A stretch of 64,000 nt of DNA, taken from NCBI GenBank assembly GCA_043228905.1, contig JBHGNT010000003.1, forward strand, positions 22,506,001 to 22,570,000. The letters run 5' to 3'. Positions 38,488-51,890 of this stretch are shown one piece after another. Made by a program: the position numbers and the translations under genes. Every line of letters begins with the position of its first letter. Within the stretch, counting starts at the first letter, position 1. The notes beneath the pieces are model-generated. The model worked only from the letters and a program-made list of their open reading frames with translations. It made no database searches and had not been told where the DNA came from. The stretch is from Azolla caroliniana (lineage: Eukaryota > Plantae > Polypodiophyta).

Positions 38488-41400
38488 TTATGCGTCAAGA
38501 GTGCCTGAAGAAGACTCCTTTGATCTTCGACTCCACTGAGGAGTAACTTCGATCAATTTATGTGGGAATAGCTTACTTTTGACTTTGGAACGCTCTCGGA
38601 AAGTCATAGATTGATATTTAGTGATCTGAGTTTCCTGGTCCTCGTTGAGTTCTTTCACAACTACAGTAAGCCGACAGCTCGGATGATGCATAATTCCTGA
38701 CCTACCTTTCGCATGCATTGATATCCTCTTCAAATATTTTCCTTTGCCAACAAATGCTTCGGCTTCATGAAAAAACAAAGTTCACATGTACAATTTTGCC
38801 AAATGAATATATTTAAAACTTTGGTATAAATACTGTCCTTCCCCCAAAAGCATATATACATACTTGTCATTTTTATACATATATCATCTATACCCTTAGT
38901 ATTTCCATATCAAGTACTTTGGTATAAATACTGTCCTTCCCCCCAAAAGCATATATATATACTAGTCATTTTTATACATATATCATCTATACCCTTAGTA
39001 TTTCCATACCAAGTGCTATCTTCGGCATTTCCACAAATATGATCTATACCCTTGGTATTTCCAGAAATTTAACATCACCTGTGGTACGTCAGGTGTTGAG
39101 TCCAATCAAGACATCTAATCTAATTGCATGAAGCTTAATTGAGATTTCCTTTAATTACACTATAATCTAATAACCCTATATAATGTAATTTCATATAATT
39201 TAATGAAGCAATCTAGAATTCACATGCCATCCAAAACTGCGTCTTCAGCCATGAACCTATTTCAACCAGTCATCAGTTCACAATTACGGGCTACAATACT
39301 GAGTACTGTAAGGACTTGTACTAAGTTTCCAGGTCAGTTGTCATTAGTGAATGTGGGCCGTAGAGGGTGGTGTAAAAACTCCACGTAAGTCATGCCTGAA
39401 AGCAGCAGCTGCGAAGAGTTGACCAGTCTTTTTCCTACGGTCACTGCTTGCTTGAAGGGTTGTACCTGTCCAGACAGTAAAGTAGGCAAGCACTTCAGGA
39501 TGGGGGCTTGCTGAATCCCCCATCCCACCCTGAGGTAATCCTGAGCATCTAAATGCATTCATTTGCTAAGTCAACATACAATCTTGTTGTATCAATTTAC
39601 TTATATGAGACTATTATCCTTAAACTGAAGGCTGCTTGAAGTGGTCACTGACTACCATGGGTATTTTTATATTGTCCAAAGATCCATTCACATCAATTTT
39701 AAAAATTATGGATCTTTGTTCCATGGAACCCTGTGAGGAAGTTTAGAATACATATATTTATCCCCAATGCCACATTGTGTAGATAAAACTCATAATAATG
39801 AAATGCTCATAACATATATCATTCTCATAATATGTAGAAATATGAGTTAACTAGCAACAAGTCCACTTTGAAAAGTACCAAAGGTCATGAAACATCACAT
39901 ACCAACATATAATCGATCCCCATTCAACCCATGATTGTGTGTCGCATTTGCACGAGCATTTGAAACAACCTGGCATTATTATTGTAACAATGTTGTTCCT
40001 TATAAAACAGAGAGAACAGAAGGAAAAAATTTGGACTCAATCTTGCCAAGCATTTCAAATATTCTCAATATGTTAACTCTCAAACAGTAAGAAAGAGGCT
40101 TCGCTGTTGGGGTTTTTGGGGGGTTGCTTTATGAGAGAATAACATAACTCCATGCTAAAAATTCCAAGTAAGCTATCCATGGTGTTCTGGAATAGTTTTA
40201 TTAAAATCTTTACAATGATATGTCATTTTATAAGGTTTTGGTAACACCTAAATACATCATATTTGGCCACACCCTTTGCAGAAGTAAATCAATGACATGG
40301 CATTTCTTACAAATTCCCATTGTCAGTCCAAAATTTTCCTAATAAAATTTCATTATACAGTGTATATTTAGTGTTTGATCTCTAGGACAAAATGTTGAAT
40401 TGATTAAGGATAAGTACATCAATGGCATGGCATTTCTAACAAATTCCCATTTTTAGTATAAAATTTTCCTAGTGAAATTTCTTTTTATAGTGTATATTTA
40501 GTGTTTCCTCTCTAAGACAAAATATTGAATTGTTATAGGATAAGTACATCAATGACATGGCGGTTTCTTACAAACCCCCATTTTCAGTCCAAAATTTTCC
40601 TAATGAAATTTCTTTTTATAGTGTATATTTAGTGTTTCCTTTCTAAGACAAAATGTTGAATTGATTAAGGATATTACCTATCAAAAATTTAAGAAAACTG
40701 ATAGTTTTTAAAATATTTAAGAGATCCCTTTTTAGAAGAAAATTCTCTTTTTTAACATATGCGATAAAAGAGAGTAGATACCCTCTTCACTGTTCTAGCA
40801 GCCCTCTTTTGAAGCACTGCTAATTGGGCAAGGGCATCCTCGACTCGCATGCCGCGAACAAGAGAAGCAACCAAATTCACCTTCTTTGGACTCTGTACAT
40901 ATTAAATGTTTTTACAGCAGGTTAAAGAATTCCCTAAAAACACATTTTTATTAAAAGAGTGGACAACATCTCTATCATGTATACAGAGATACGCATTATA
41001 CTTTGCTTTTATTTAATGAAATCTACTTTGTACTTGGGAAATCCCAAAACAAAAACTCTGTAATGCACCACAAAAGTGTCTCCCAAGACAAATTTTGACA
41101 AAAAGAGGTGTTTGAGGAGGAACATGATTATGAACAAAAACATGAATTATTTTCAATTTAAATAACTGAAATTTTCTTCTCAATGACTGAAGTAGATTTT
41201 ACCTCTTTTATCTTCTTCAACACTGCTTGAACTGCCCTTTTCACTGGTTCTGTGGTAGGAGTTGTCTTTGCAGAATCACTTGGCATCGGCACCATTGTTA
41301 AAGGAGAAGGAACTGGCTGATCTTTTCCATCACTGAGAGGTGGGCTAAGCGTTGGAGCACTCATCGTAGAAATACTCCGAAACTTGTATGTAGGAATAAT

Positions 41401-44400
41401 CAGATAAAAAATTCTAACGAGTTCTTACAATAAAGAAAAGGAGCATATTTTATTCAGCCTTTATAAATACCATTCTCTGGTACATTTCCAAGCTCAATCC
41501 AGCAGAATTCAGTGCTGATAAGTCCATGATTGGACCTAAAAATATCAGTAAACGTTTTGATTTGTAATTCAATGGTTTGGAATTCAGAGTATCCTTGTAC
41601 GAACTTCAAACTAAAATAATGTATTAACCATAAAAAGGATTAGATTTCGGGTTTATAACGGCATATAAACATGCAAAAGAAATTTCTGAATACAGTAGCA
41701 AAAGGAAAAGAGGATGCTTATTAAATAGGGTTAATCACTTCTTCTTTACCAATCAATCTTAGGACGAAACCACCAAATAACAAGTTCTAAACTTAAGTAT
41801 TTATCTACTTAAGAGCTGAAGAAATTTACAAACCAAACAAGATATTGTACGCAAATAACAAATGGATAAATTGCCTATTTTACCAATTAATTTGGGAATG
41901 GTTTATGGATTAATTTACATTAAAACAAAGATTTAGCAGTAGATTCAATCTTTTTATTTAAATAATGAGAATTTCAGTATCTAGTACAGTGTTTCTAAAA
42001 GTTCATTACATTGACTTGAGCTTAACCAAAACAAATCACAGAGGATCCCTTTCTCCCAATTAATTTCCATTCTTTCTACAAAAGGTATCAATCCTGCTTT
42101 AATTTACACTAAATGTAAGAGGTCATGTATAAAACTGCGAGGAAGAACAGGTGCTTATTTCTTTTACACAATTTTAGACAGGTTTATCAGTCTAAAGTAC
42201 AATCATACATGATGTTTAAAGATCTATCAAAGCACATAGAAGATTTAATAAAATACATTACGACTCTCATACATTATGTTTCACAGTCCACATTAAAAAA
42301 CATAGCACGCTCAATTTTGACATAGCATTGATTGCCAATCCCAGAAAATGTCAAGGTACACTGCATCCAAATCATGCATTGCAGACCAATGTGGAGTCAA
42401 AATGTCAGGCTTGCAACTGCCAATATTCACATATCATATATGAATTTGTCGTCTTTCCTTCCAATAATCCAACACAAGAAATGAAGTCAGTGTCTTCCCA
42501 GGATCAAATTGATCCTGCTTAAATGCTCAAGCAACACAAACAGCTTTGGTAATATGTTCACCATAAAAACTATATAATATCAGGCATCTGCCTATACAAA
42601 GTGGGGTCAGTGTCATCCATTCTTTGGTGATAGGAAAATCTAACAAAGTAGTAGTACAGGAATTCAAGCTACACCATTAGACAAATGATGCTCTTAAGGG
42701 TCCCTTCATTATTTGGTGTGGTTCCATCTTAAGACAATACAAGTGACCCCTCTCCGTGATGTTTTAACCTGCATACTAAACAAAGTTGCCAGAACCTGTG
42801 GAACTTCCCAAAAGCGGTAAAACGGCTATTGAATGATCAGATTAGCTAAATTTTCTTCACCAAAGATACACTTCCTTAAATTTTGGGCTTATTAAGTCTT
42901 AATTTCAAATGATGAAACTGGATTGATTTTGAGCCAAAAGAGTTAACACTATGTTCTATGAGACTAGATGATTAAATCACTCTAAATGACTCTCCATTCA
43001 CCACCAAAGATAAAAATTTTGAGGTCAATTTTGAAAGAGGTCAGTTTGAAATTCATGTAGTCAAGTGTTGCCTTCCCAAAAAATAACCATAGCTCGTAAC
43101 AATGGGCCCGATTCGGTTTCGGTTCGGTTCGGTTTCTTGGCCTTCAAACCAAACCAAACCATTTATTAATAAAAAAAACCGAACCAAACTGTTTTAAAAT
43201 TTATGAAGCAATTTAAACCGAACTGTTTAGAGCCAAACCGTTTACGAAAAATTTAAAACCAAACCAAACTAGTTTATCATAAATCAAAACCAAACCAAAC
43301 CAAACCATTTTTTATTGATATTAATCATTATACTTATTATAAATTTGTGTGAGAAAATCATCATAAATTTATTCATCATACTCATCATAAATTTTGTCAT
43401 CATACTTATTACAAAATTTGTCATCATACTTATCATAATTTTGGTCATCATACTAATCATAAATTTGATCATCATACTAATCATAAATTTGATCATCATA
43501 CTAATCATAAATTTGATCATCATACTTATCATAATTGATCATCATAAATGAAAAAGAGACTCTACATATAATACATATAAAATTTAATAAATCAAAACAA
43601 GAGTTTAAAATTAAAAGTTGAAAGTTATAGCTTATAGAAAATATTTATGAGTATTTTTTAACCTATAAACCTATAAACCTTTAAACCTTTAAACCGAACC
43701 ACACAAACAGAAACCGATAAGCCGCAAAACCGCAAAACCGGTCAATTCAAAACCGAACCGAAACCGATTAGTAACATTTGAAACCAAACCAAATTGTTTA
43801 GTTATCTTTGAACCTATAAACCGTTAAGCCATGGTTTTTCGGTTCGGTTCAGTTTGAGCCGAAACCGGGGCCATTGCTAATAGCTCACTCACTTTAAACT
43901 TTTAAGCAAATTATGCAGAGCCTAACCTAAACTTGTGTTAGGCAAAACAATGCTAACTTGATTGCACCGATGCCAATCCTGGGGTCTGCCAGCATTGGCT
44001 CCTAAGTTCTAGCAAACATTGGCCCTCAACAATTTCACGCATGCCATGCAATGTCTTCTAGCCATATTTCAAGAGTTCCAAGGTAGCAAGCAAAAAACTA
44101 TGAATGAAATAGCTATCAAATAATAGTAGAAAAGAAGAAAACAAACAACAACTCTTGGTAACAGAAACATGTTTTCATGGTTGGTAAAGAAACAAGTGTT
44201 TCCAGAATTTCTCAGATAAATCCTCTAAGTTCTCAGTTAAAATTAACTTGTAAGTAATAATACTTATCTTCTAAGCTAAACCCACAAGTAAATGAATAGA
44301 AATCCTCATTCTGTTTTCTCTTTTGCAAATGTTTGCACGCAAACAATCATCATTGCGAATCAAATTTGACTCAGTCACTGATCCTTCTGGAAACCTTTCC

Positions 44401-46395
44401 GCAAACTCACATTGACTGAATTTTTCTGATTCCTCTCAAAAAGCCCACCCAAATCGTACCTTCTATTTACATTCCTTTCCCCTCCCCACTCTTGTCCAAT
44501 AAAATGGAGGTATGTTGTACTAGAGTCAACTTTCAATTCTGATATATAAATAGCTATTTTGAAGTTACAAGGTCTCTATATATCTTGTATGCAATATATA
44601 ACACGCATATATATTATTATATCCTTGACGAATTTCATGCACAAACAATCACTCCATTCCAAATCACTTTTGATTTAGTCGCTTGATCCTTCTGGGAACC
44701 TCCACAAACTCACATTGATAATTTTCTGATTCCTCTCAAAAATGCCCAAGTTTTTGTTTTCTTCTTTTTGTGTTTTCCACCCTCATTTCACCCTTTACTT
44801 GCATTCCTTCCCACTCTTGCCCAGGCTCCACAATCAAGCTATTTATACCCTTTAATCATCTATGTTGTGAAGCTACAAGCTTTCAATATATCATGTGTGC
44901 AATATGCAGTATTGAGCAGGGGATTTTCCACTTATAAAACAAATTGACCTTTGAAATTCAAGATACTATTACTGATAATAATCATTTACAAATATTCTTA
45001 ACTTTCAACCAAAGCACTAGTAGATGAAGATGTACATGCCATTCTCCATTATTAGATCATTCATACGAGATGTGCATGTAAAGCTAATGTTTTCCATAGT
45101 CATTAAGAGCATAGAATGCTATTACTAAGAATTAATGTGAAAGCTATAATCAAGGTGGTTGTCCGATACAAAGAACTATATGAATGTTCATTAACAGAAT
45201 ACTTGAACAATAGACAATGAATAATGTGTGACAGTTGAAGGGACATCATTTTGAAGATTTATATACCGCCTTGTGGCTCCTAAGAGATTCTCACAAACCT
45301 CTTGTGGGCCATCATGGCCTTGACGTTCATGATATTATTCATGTTTCTCAAAAATGTCTGTAAAATTAAATATCTATTACTTCTATGCCTTATTGCAGGC
45401 GTTCAGGATATTTTAATGTGCTAATCAATCAAGATTTTCTTTTGGTAATTAATAGAATAGGAATTTATGAAAAAGTATCACAAACCTACAGGAATTTACT
45501 CTATCAGATTTGTTTCCCTTATATATGTACTTCCTCCCAACAAGTTCAAAAACGTGAACAGAGTTTTAGTGAATGAGGCTCTAAACATTGTGCCTTACTA
45601 TGACCAATAAGGTTATCTCTATAAAATGAAGAATATAATGCCTTTCTTAGAAAACGACAAGAAGCTAAGCTTTCTATGAGCTTTCTATGACATCAAAGGA
45701 CTTAATGAAATCAAATCAATGTAAATTTTTAAATGGGAAAAGAGATATTACATGCAGTAATGGAATCTCAAAAGATGCAACATGAAAACCAGCATCTACA
45801 TTAATTCGTCACTAGAACTGCAAACAGAATGAGAAAATAAATCAAAAGAATAAAGTGTTTTGACACAACAGGCAAGAACCCAAAATCCTATTAGCACTCA
45901 TTCATCATAAAAAGCAGAAAATAACCAGAAAATGATCTCACAAGGATGTATGTTCACAAATATGTGGGTGTGTGCACGCAACGCTTAATCCTCAGGGAAA
46001 GTTAAACTTCACGTAAAACGAATTCCTCATCAGAAGAAAAAATACTGAAAATAACTAAGTTGATTTATTTTACTTAATATTTTACGTTGAAAAATAATAA
46101 TATCAAAAATTTTGGTTTTTTGAGAATATAAATAAAAATCAAAGAAAGAAAGAATGTAAGTACCTTTGCGAAGGAACTGGTTTACTTTGAGCTCGTGGGT
46201 TGTGGGGGAAGAAGAGGAAGGGGGTAGACCGAAAGAGCTGTTGATTTTGGAGAAAAGAATGGAAGAAGAAGCAAACGTTTGTGTCGTATGGACATGGAGA
46301 TGCTTCTTCTCCTCCCTCATGAGAGAACAAGAAGACATGACTTGAAGACATTTCTTCTTTTTCGCTGCAGAGCGAAAGATCGCAGCCATCGCCAT
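38488..46395 (-). CDS. Nuclear-encoded mitochondrial ribosomal protein L22 (uL22m), 6 exons, ~309 aa
   Basis: Exons 46395-46164, 41535-41471, 41382-41203, 40892-40782, 39969-39903 and 38762-38488 (TAA). L22 core 'SPKKVNLVASLVRGMRVEDALAQL..KRAARTV..NARANATHNHGL..RLYVAEAFVGKGKYLKR..HAKGRSGIMHHPSCRLTVVVKE'. The Arg/Ser/Ala-rich N-terminus looks like a mitochondrial presequence. Confidence 0.93.
38818..39014. repeat. Intronic tandem duplication, ~99-bp unit x2
   Basis: ACTTTGGTATAAATACTGTCCTTCCCCC occurs at ~38818 and ~38917. Confidence 0.9.
40287..40672. repeat. Intronic tandem repeat, ~130-bp unit x3
   Basis: ATCAATG(A/G)CATGG...AAAATTTTCCTA recurs at ~40288, ~40418 and ~40548. Confidence 0.9.
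43097..43879. mobile_element. hAT-type MITE in uL22m intron 1, carrying an internal 24-bp tandem array
   Basis: TIR TAACAATGGGCCCG...CGGGGCCATTGCTA. 8-bp TSD ATAGCTCG/ATAGCTCA. AAACCG/CGGTTT subterminal repeats. About 8 copies of ATCATCATACTAATCATAAATTTG at ~43355-43548. Confidence 0.9.
44339..44905. repeat. Diverged intronic duplication, ~300-bp unit x2
   Basis: CAAACAATCA...TGATCCTTCTGG...CAAACTCACATTGA...TTTTCTGATTCCTCTCAAAAA is present at ~44340 and ~44642. Confidence 0.8.
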
Positions 46396-48641
46396 GTTTC
46401 CTTGACTGCTTAGTTCTTCTTTTTCTTCCTCTCTAAAACCCTCTCTTTACCTGTGCTCTTTGGTTTTATTTTGTTTTTGTGGGTTTTGAATAATTACAAA
46501 TCTACCCCTATGGGAGATTTTATTCGGTATTCCCACGGGCCACAACTTACAATTTTCTATCAAAATTATGGTCTTTGTTTGCCAAATTTGTCGGAAAATG
46601 CCACTTCGAGATTTTCATAGCTTACTACTTCGAGATTTTCTTCTCTTCCCATTGTTGATTAAAGCATCTTCTCTTCCCATTGTTGATTAAAGCACATTCC
46701 TTTCACATTTTGGAATTTGATGCTTTAAAAGTATGGTAATTACTCATAAGCAAGATTTTCATATTTTGGGCATTAGCATTTTCAAGAATGTGTAAAGTTG
46801 AGTGGATGTTTGGGAATAAATTATGGATTTCATCATCTACGTATAACTCTACTCATTTATACTATTAGCCATCTCTATGTTTTAGTGGTTCTTATAAACA
46901 AATAATGATATTAACACTCTAATTAAATAAGGTCTTCCACATAGCAAAGTGGAGGAAGTGTGTGAGAGAGGGCCATTCCACACATCTCATCTCACCAATG
47001 ATGTTAACCAATACCTTTCTTGGTCTAGAGTAGTTTGACCACAGTCTAGTTACTATCATCGAGGATCGTGAGGAATGTGCCACATCAAAACTCAAACCAT
47101 TGATATCAACTTACCATAAAATATAAATTGATGTCACTTTAGTTGTTGGAGTTTTAAATCACATTGCACCATCAACTATAGAATGATGTTAGTTGTAATA
47201 GGATGACGGGCACTGAACCATGCCAACTAATGGTGGCAAGAGTACAAGGAATGTGTATTAGGATACTCTAAATGAGCAAATAATCGTCAAGGTACCATTG
47301 ATGATTCATTATTATAGGGCATTGAGGGAATTCCACGGCAACAATCAAATTTTAACAAGGTGAGAGCTAGCTAAACAGCTCGAAGTACATACAATGCTCA
47401 ATAAGTTGTCATGATGAGCTATAGATAGGTCACTTTCTATTGATGATAAATTTGGATTGGCATCATCCTAAGATTGTTATAAGAAGTTGTACAAAGTTGA
47501 CATTTATGTTTGACGTCATACAATACCACGTGATTGTTGGATAAGTTAAGGTTCATCTTTACAATCATGCCCCATGGATCCCTTCTTGTAGTTTAAATTT
47601 TATTCTTCACCTATTTGGCAATGTAGTTTGGAAGATTGTGGGATGTTTGAATACAACATGACAAAACCTCCTTAGTATATGCTCTTAAACTACTTCCATT
47701 TATCATCTTACCATTAGTTTCTTGATGGCTCCATGCCCTTTAAAGAGTCATTTAATGGGATAGATCTCTCACACATATCCCAATATTCTTTTGTGGCAAC
47801 TCTTTTTGGGGTTTTCAACTCATACCATATATTGAGAGTATTCTCCTCTTTTCTCATAGTGTTTTTTTGCATAAACTTGGTACATGTAAAGACAATTCTA
47901 GTAATATGAAACATCAATTTGCACCACAAGACATCGACCTAACAAACATGTAATATATGGCCTTACCTATGCCTTTACTACTAGTGTCAATATTTCAATC
48001 TATGAGGGGAATGGCATTGGCTAGCCAACAGTATGCAAGCTTTCTACATTAATAGTTATAACTCTTTAACTATAATTTGTTGCACTATTTACATTAAAAC
48101 CAGAGCTATAAGTTGTGACAAATGGCACATAGAAACATATTACTGCTGCAAAGTTAACATTCATTTTCTTACCTTGAACTAACAATAATTGAAGGTTCTT
48201 GAGAACCACAATTGCAACCAACAATGTGCTTCAAATAAACAAGAGCAGAGCATGATGGCATGCACATTCTAATAGGATGGATATTTGTCAAAGCATTCAA
48301 TTTCATGATATGAAATGTTATATCCTTCAATTGCAATTGTTGAGCAAGGCATGTGAAAAGCTATCGAAACATCTTTTGCAAAAGATAAGTGTTTCAACAC
48401 ATCTCCTGTGTAATCCATCCATCATCCAACAATTTCACAACACTTCAACATATTCCCTAGTAGGCGAAGGGTGGCATCAACAAAAGTGTGGTATCTAGCA
48501 GGCACAATGAACATCCCACACTCCCTGTCTGAACTGTTTTAATTGAGAGATTACAGATAGTGAGACAGACCGTGCAAATGTGTGAGTAATATCTTACCTG
48601 TAAGAATGGCAACCAAGTTAATAGAGAAGGTCAAACTACAT

Positions 48642-48705
<64 letters not shown>

Positions 48706-48869
48706 TGCGCGTGCGTGTCTGCAAGTGCTCCCATGGATGCATATATGCCATTTAGAGTATTGATGGATCCTCCTGATTTATCCAAACAGTTAACATTCAA
48801 GCTATAATGGATGCAACTCCTTTAAAAACAATCGTAAAGACCTTCCCGAGGTTATGAATTTGATACATT

Positions 48870-49260
48870 TCATTTACAAAACACAGAAACCTGAAAACAT
48901 ATCAACGTGTTTAACTTCCAATCATAATACAAAACCAAAGCAGATTGGAAACAGTTTGATGCACTAATCATCATAAAAGACACAGCAATACAAAATTGAT
49001 ACAATAGAGTTCCCTTCAAACCCATCATCAAAACATAGCAGCAACTCAAAAATGGTTTAATACATTCTCCTTCAAAATCATCATAGAAAAAAACAGCAAT
49101 TTGAAAACAATTTAATGTGTTTCCTTCACAATCATCATCAAGATAACACAACAATTCAAAAAATTCAGATGTATTTCCTTAATAATAACGTCAAAATAAC
49201 ACAGAAATTCTAAAACAATCTAATGTGTTTTCTTTATAATCATCCAAAAACATAGCAAAA
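48870..49260. repeat. Degenerate tandem repeat, ~55-62-bp unit, about 6 copies
   Basis: Recurrent AATCATCAT..AAAACA(C/T)AGCAA..AAAACAATTTAATGTGTTTCCTTCA motif. Confidence 0.7.
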
Positions 49261-50136
49261 AAAATGAAGTACGTATATACCATCGATTTCATTTACATGT
49301 AAAGCATTCTACCCAAGACAAACCTTATAAAGCAATAATGGAGATATCTCCTTCACAAAATGCTCTCCATTTCCTGCAAATTTCCTCTTTCGCGTCTCTT
49401 TCTGGTTAAGAGCTATGGCACCTGATAAAGAAACCAAAATATTGCATCTCACCTCATCAGTATCTCAACACTTCCATCTCCCAGGTATGGCAACTGATTA
49501 CAAAAACAACTCTCTATGGCAACTTAATTCAAATATATCTGTATCACATCTCTTGGTATTGCAGCTTTTGTCTCTTCCTACCTCTTGTTTTGGTATTTTT
49601 CCATCCTCTGATAACAATAGTAGTAAATTTGTTTTCATCTCTTCCTTCTTACTGCTATGGCACATTAAAATGTCTTTCACATCTCTTTCACTCACTAATG
49701 AAACAAGATTTTACCTTTCCATCTCATTCAGCTATGGCATTGCAATTGTTAAGAATCTTTCGCCTCTTTCTATAGGTTCTTATAAAAGATCTCTTTTAGC
49801 TTACACAGCTATCACAACTGATGAAAATTTCTTACCTCTTTCTATGGCTTCTGATAAAAAAAAACTCTCCAGCTCATCTCTTTCGGTTTACAATGCTATG
49901 ACAACTGATAAACCTCTCACCTCTTTCTATTTCCTCTAATAAAATATCTCTGATCCTCTCACCTCTTCATGATAAAATTGATTGCGACTGATCAAGAATA
50001 TCTTCCTCTATCCTCATTCCATCGCTTTTCGTAAAAGAATACCTTTCTTTTCAAGTCTTTCAAGTTACACAGTTATAACAAATGATCAAATTTCTCTATG
50101 GAGCAAATGTATCTTTTTATATAAAGTTGTCCCTCT

Positions 50137-51890
50137 TCAACCTCGCTGTTTACAGCTATGGCGTTTGGGAGGACGATTCTTAGAACCAGTAACTTCATGT
50201 TCACTTCCATATAATTCTGTCACTAGTCTAAACCGAGGTTTACTGCGTTGTTCTGGATCAAAACCAGAGCTTTCTTCACCATTAATCAGAACAAATAGGT
50301 CACTGATAGTAGAAGAACTATTAGAAGGTGATAATAATGATGATGAAGGAGAAAGACAAAATGCATTATTCTTCTCTGATAAAACACCGTAGTTAACATC
50401 AGCAGCATTGCCAAATGGAGTCTTTACCAGTGAAATATCTTCGTGGCTTCCAATATCGAGAGTGATTTCTAGTGTTTCAGACAGACTTACTGGTTGTGGC
50501 AAAGTATGATTGCCAAAAGAAGCGTCTAGATGTAAGGTTTGAGACTCGTCCAGATTGAACTTCGTCAGTGAAGGAGGAAACATGGTGAAATGATTATCGT
50601 CTTCATCCCTAGCTAAATCCTCTTCTTTGTCTTCTTCAATGATCCTGTCACTATATCTATTCATTTCTAGCTTCACTTTCTGCAAAGTAGTGTTTTCTTC
50701 AGGGAGATCCATATCTGGTGATGAACCTCCTGTCTTCTTCCGGAATGATCTGAGTCGATTAAACAAACAAGAGACAGTGAAAAGTGAAGAAGGAGATCAG
50801 GTGGAGTATCCATTGGCAAAGCAAAATTTAAGGAATGCAAATGTGGATAACGCAAAGGCGGAGAGAGAGAGAGAAGGAGGAGGAGAAGACAGTTCATCAT
50901 ATTGAAATGGAAGGAAAACAAATGGAAGAGAATGAATGAATAATCCTTTGCCATAGGAAACGAAAGGAAAGTTTAAGTTCAGAAAGAAACACAATCATTT
51001 GCCATATAAAAACTGTATAGGAATAACATAGAGGACAAGGCATGCTCCTTTCTCATAGAGAATGCAAAGGAAAACGAGAAATCTACGATGTCATACAGAG
51101 AAACAATGATCATTTTTCCATCGGAAAATAAAACACAGAAAATGAGAAACGGCGGGGTACTGGTAAAAAAGAAGGAAAACACAATCAAAGAAAGAACGAC
51201 CCTTCTCCATTGGAGAATAGGGGAAAGGGAAAGACAGATAAAAAAACGTATCCACAAATACAGCCGGAAATGAAAGAAAAAATATAGACAAAAAGAGAAA
51301 GAGAGCGGATATCAATCATTTGTCAGAAGGAAAAAAAAACAGAAAGATGTGCAAGAGCAAGAGCGAACCTTCTCATCACAGAACATGGAAGGAAATCGTC
51401 GAATAGAAAAAAGAAAGATGGAGAATGGTTTACCTGAGAAAGAGGGGATCTGATCCATCGATGGGAATGCAGACAGCGAGTTCAACGCCTTCTTCTTCAA
51501 CTCCAACTGCAACTCCAACTCCTCCTCCTTTTCCATGTAGTTCTCTGTGGCCCTGTGAAATGCATTCTGTAACCATAGTGGCCATACCTATGGCAATGCT
51601 GTGAGACTCAGAGATCAAATATCCTTTTTTTCTGCATCAGAGGGCTTTTCAACTTCTGCTTAGATGCTGCATTCACTTACTTCTCCTTCTCCTGCAGCTA
51701 TGGTGTGGAGCTTCCTCCCTTCTTTTTTCTCCTGCTTCCTCTTCTTCTGTTGGCTACGGCATGGACATGCAGCTGCTCTTCCAGTGATTTGGCTATGGCG
51801 TGAAGGAGCTGCTTCGTCTTTGTAGTCGTCGTCGTCGTCTCCTTCTCCTTCTCCTTCTTCTTTTCGTCTCCTAATTTGGCTATGGGGCAT
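50137..51890 (-). CDS. Putative spliced gene of unknown function (acidic/Ser-rich, low complexity); exon structure ambiguous
   Basis: A 209-codon open frame (50137-50766) is preceded by a polypyrimidine tract and a CAG acceptor at 50750. Strong donors lie at 51433 (AG|GTAAAC) and 51680 (AA|GTAAGT). One model is 51585-51434 plus 50749-50137. No family was recognised. Confidence 0.5.

Noticed and set aside
39250-39285. Hammerhead-ribozyme-like CTGATGA...GAAA on the minus strand
   Set aside because: There is no real stem II, and only TAGG lies between GAAA and the stem I partner, so stem III and the UH cleavage site cannot form.
43284-43551. Repetitive ORFs ('MISMMIKF' and 'ILIINLII') or a CRISPR-like array
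   Set aside because: They are translations of a contiguous 24-bp minisatellite without spacers, inside a MITE.
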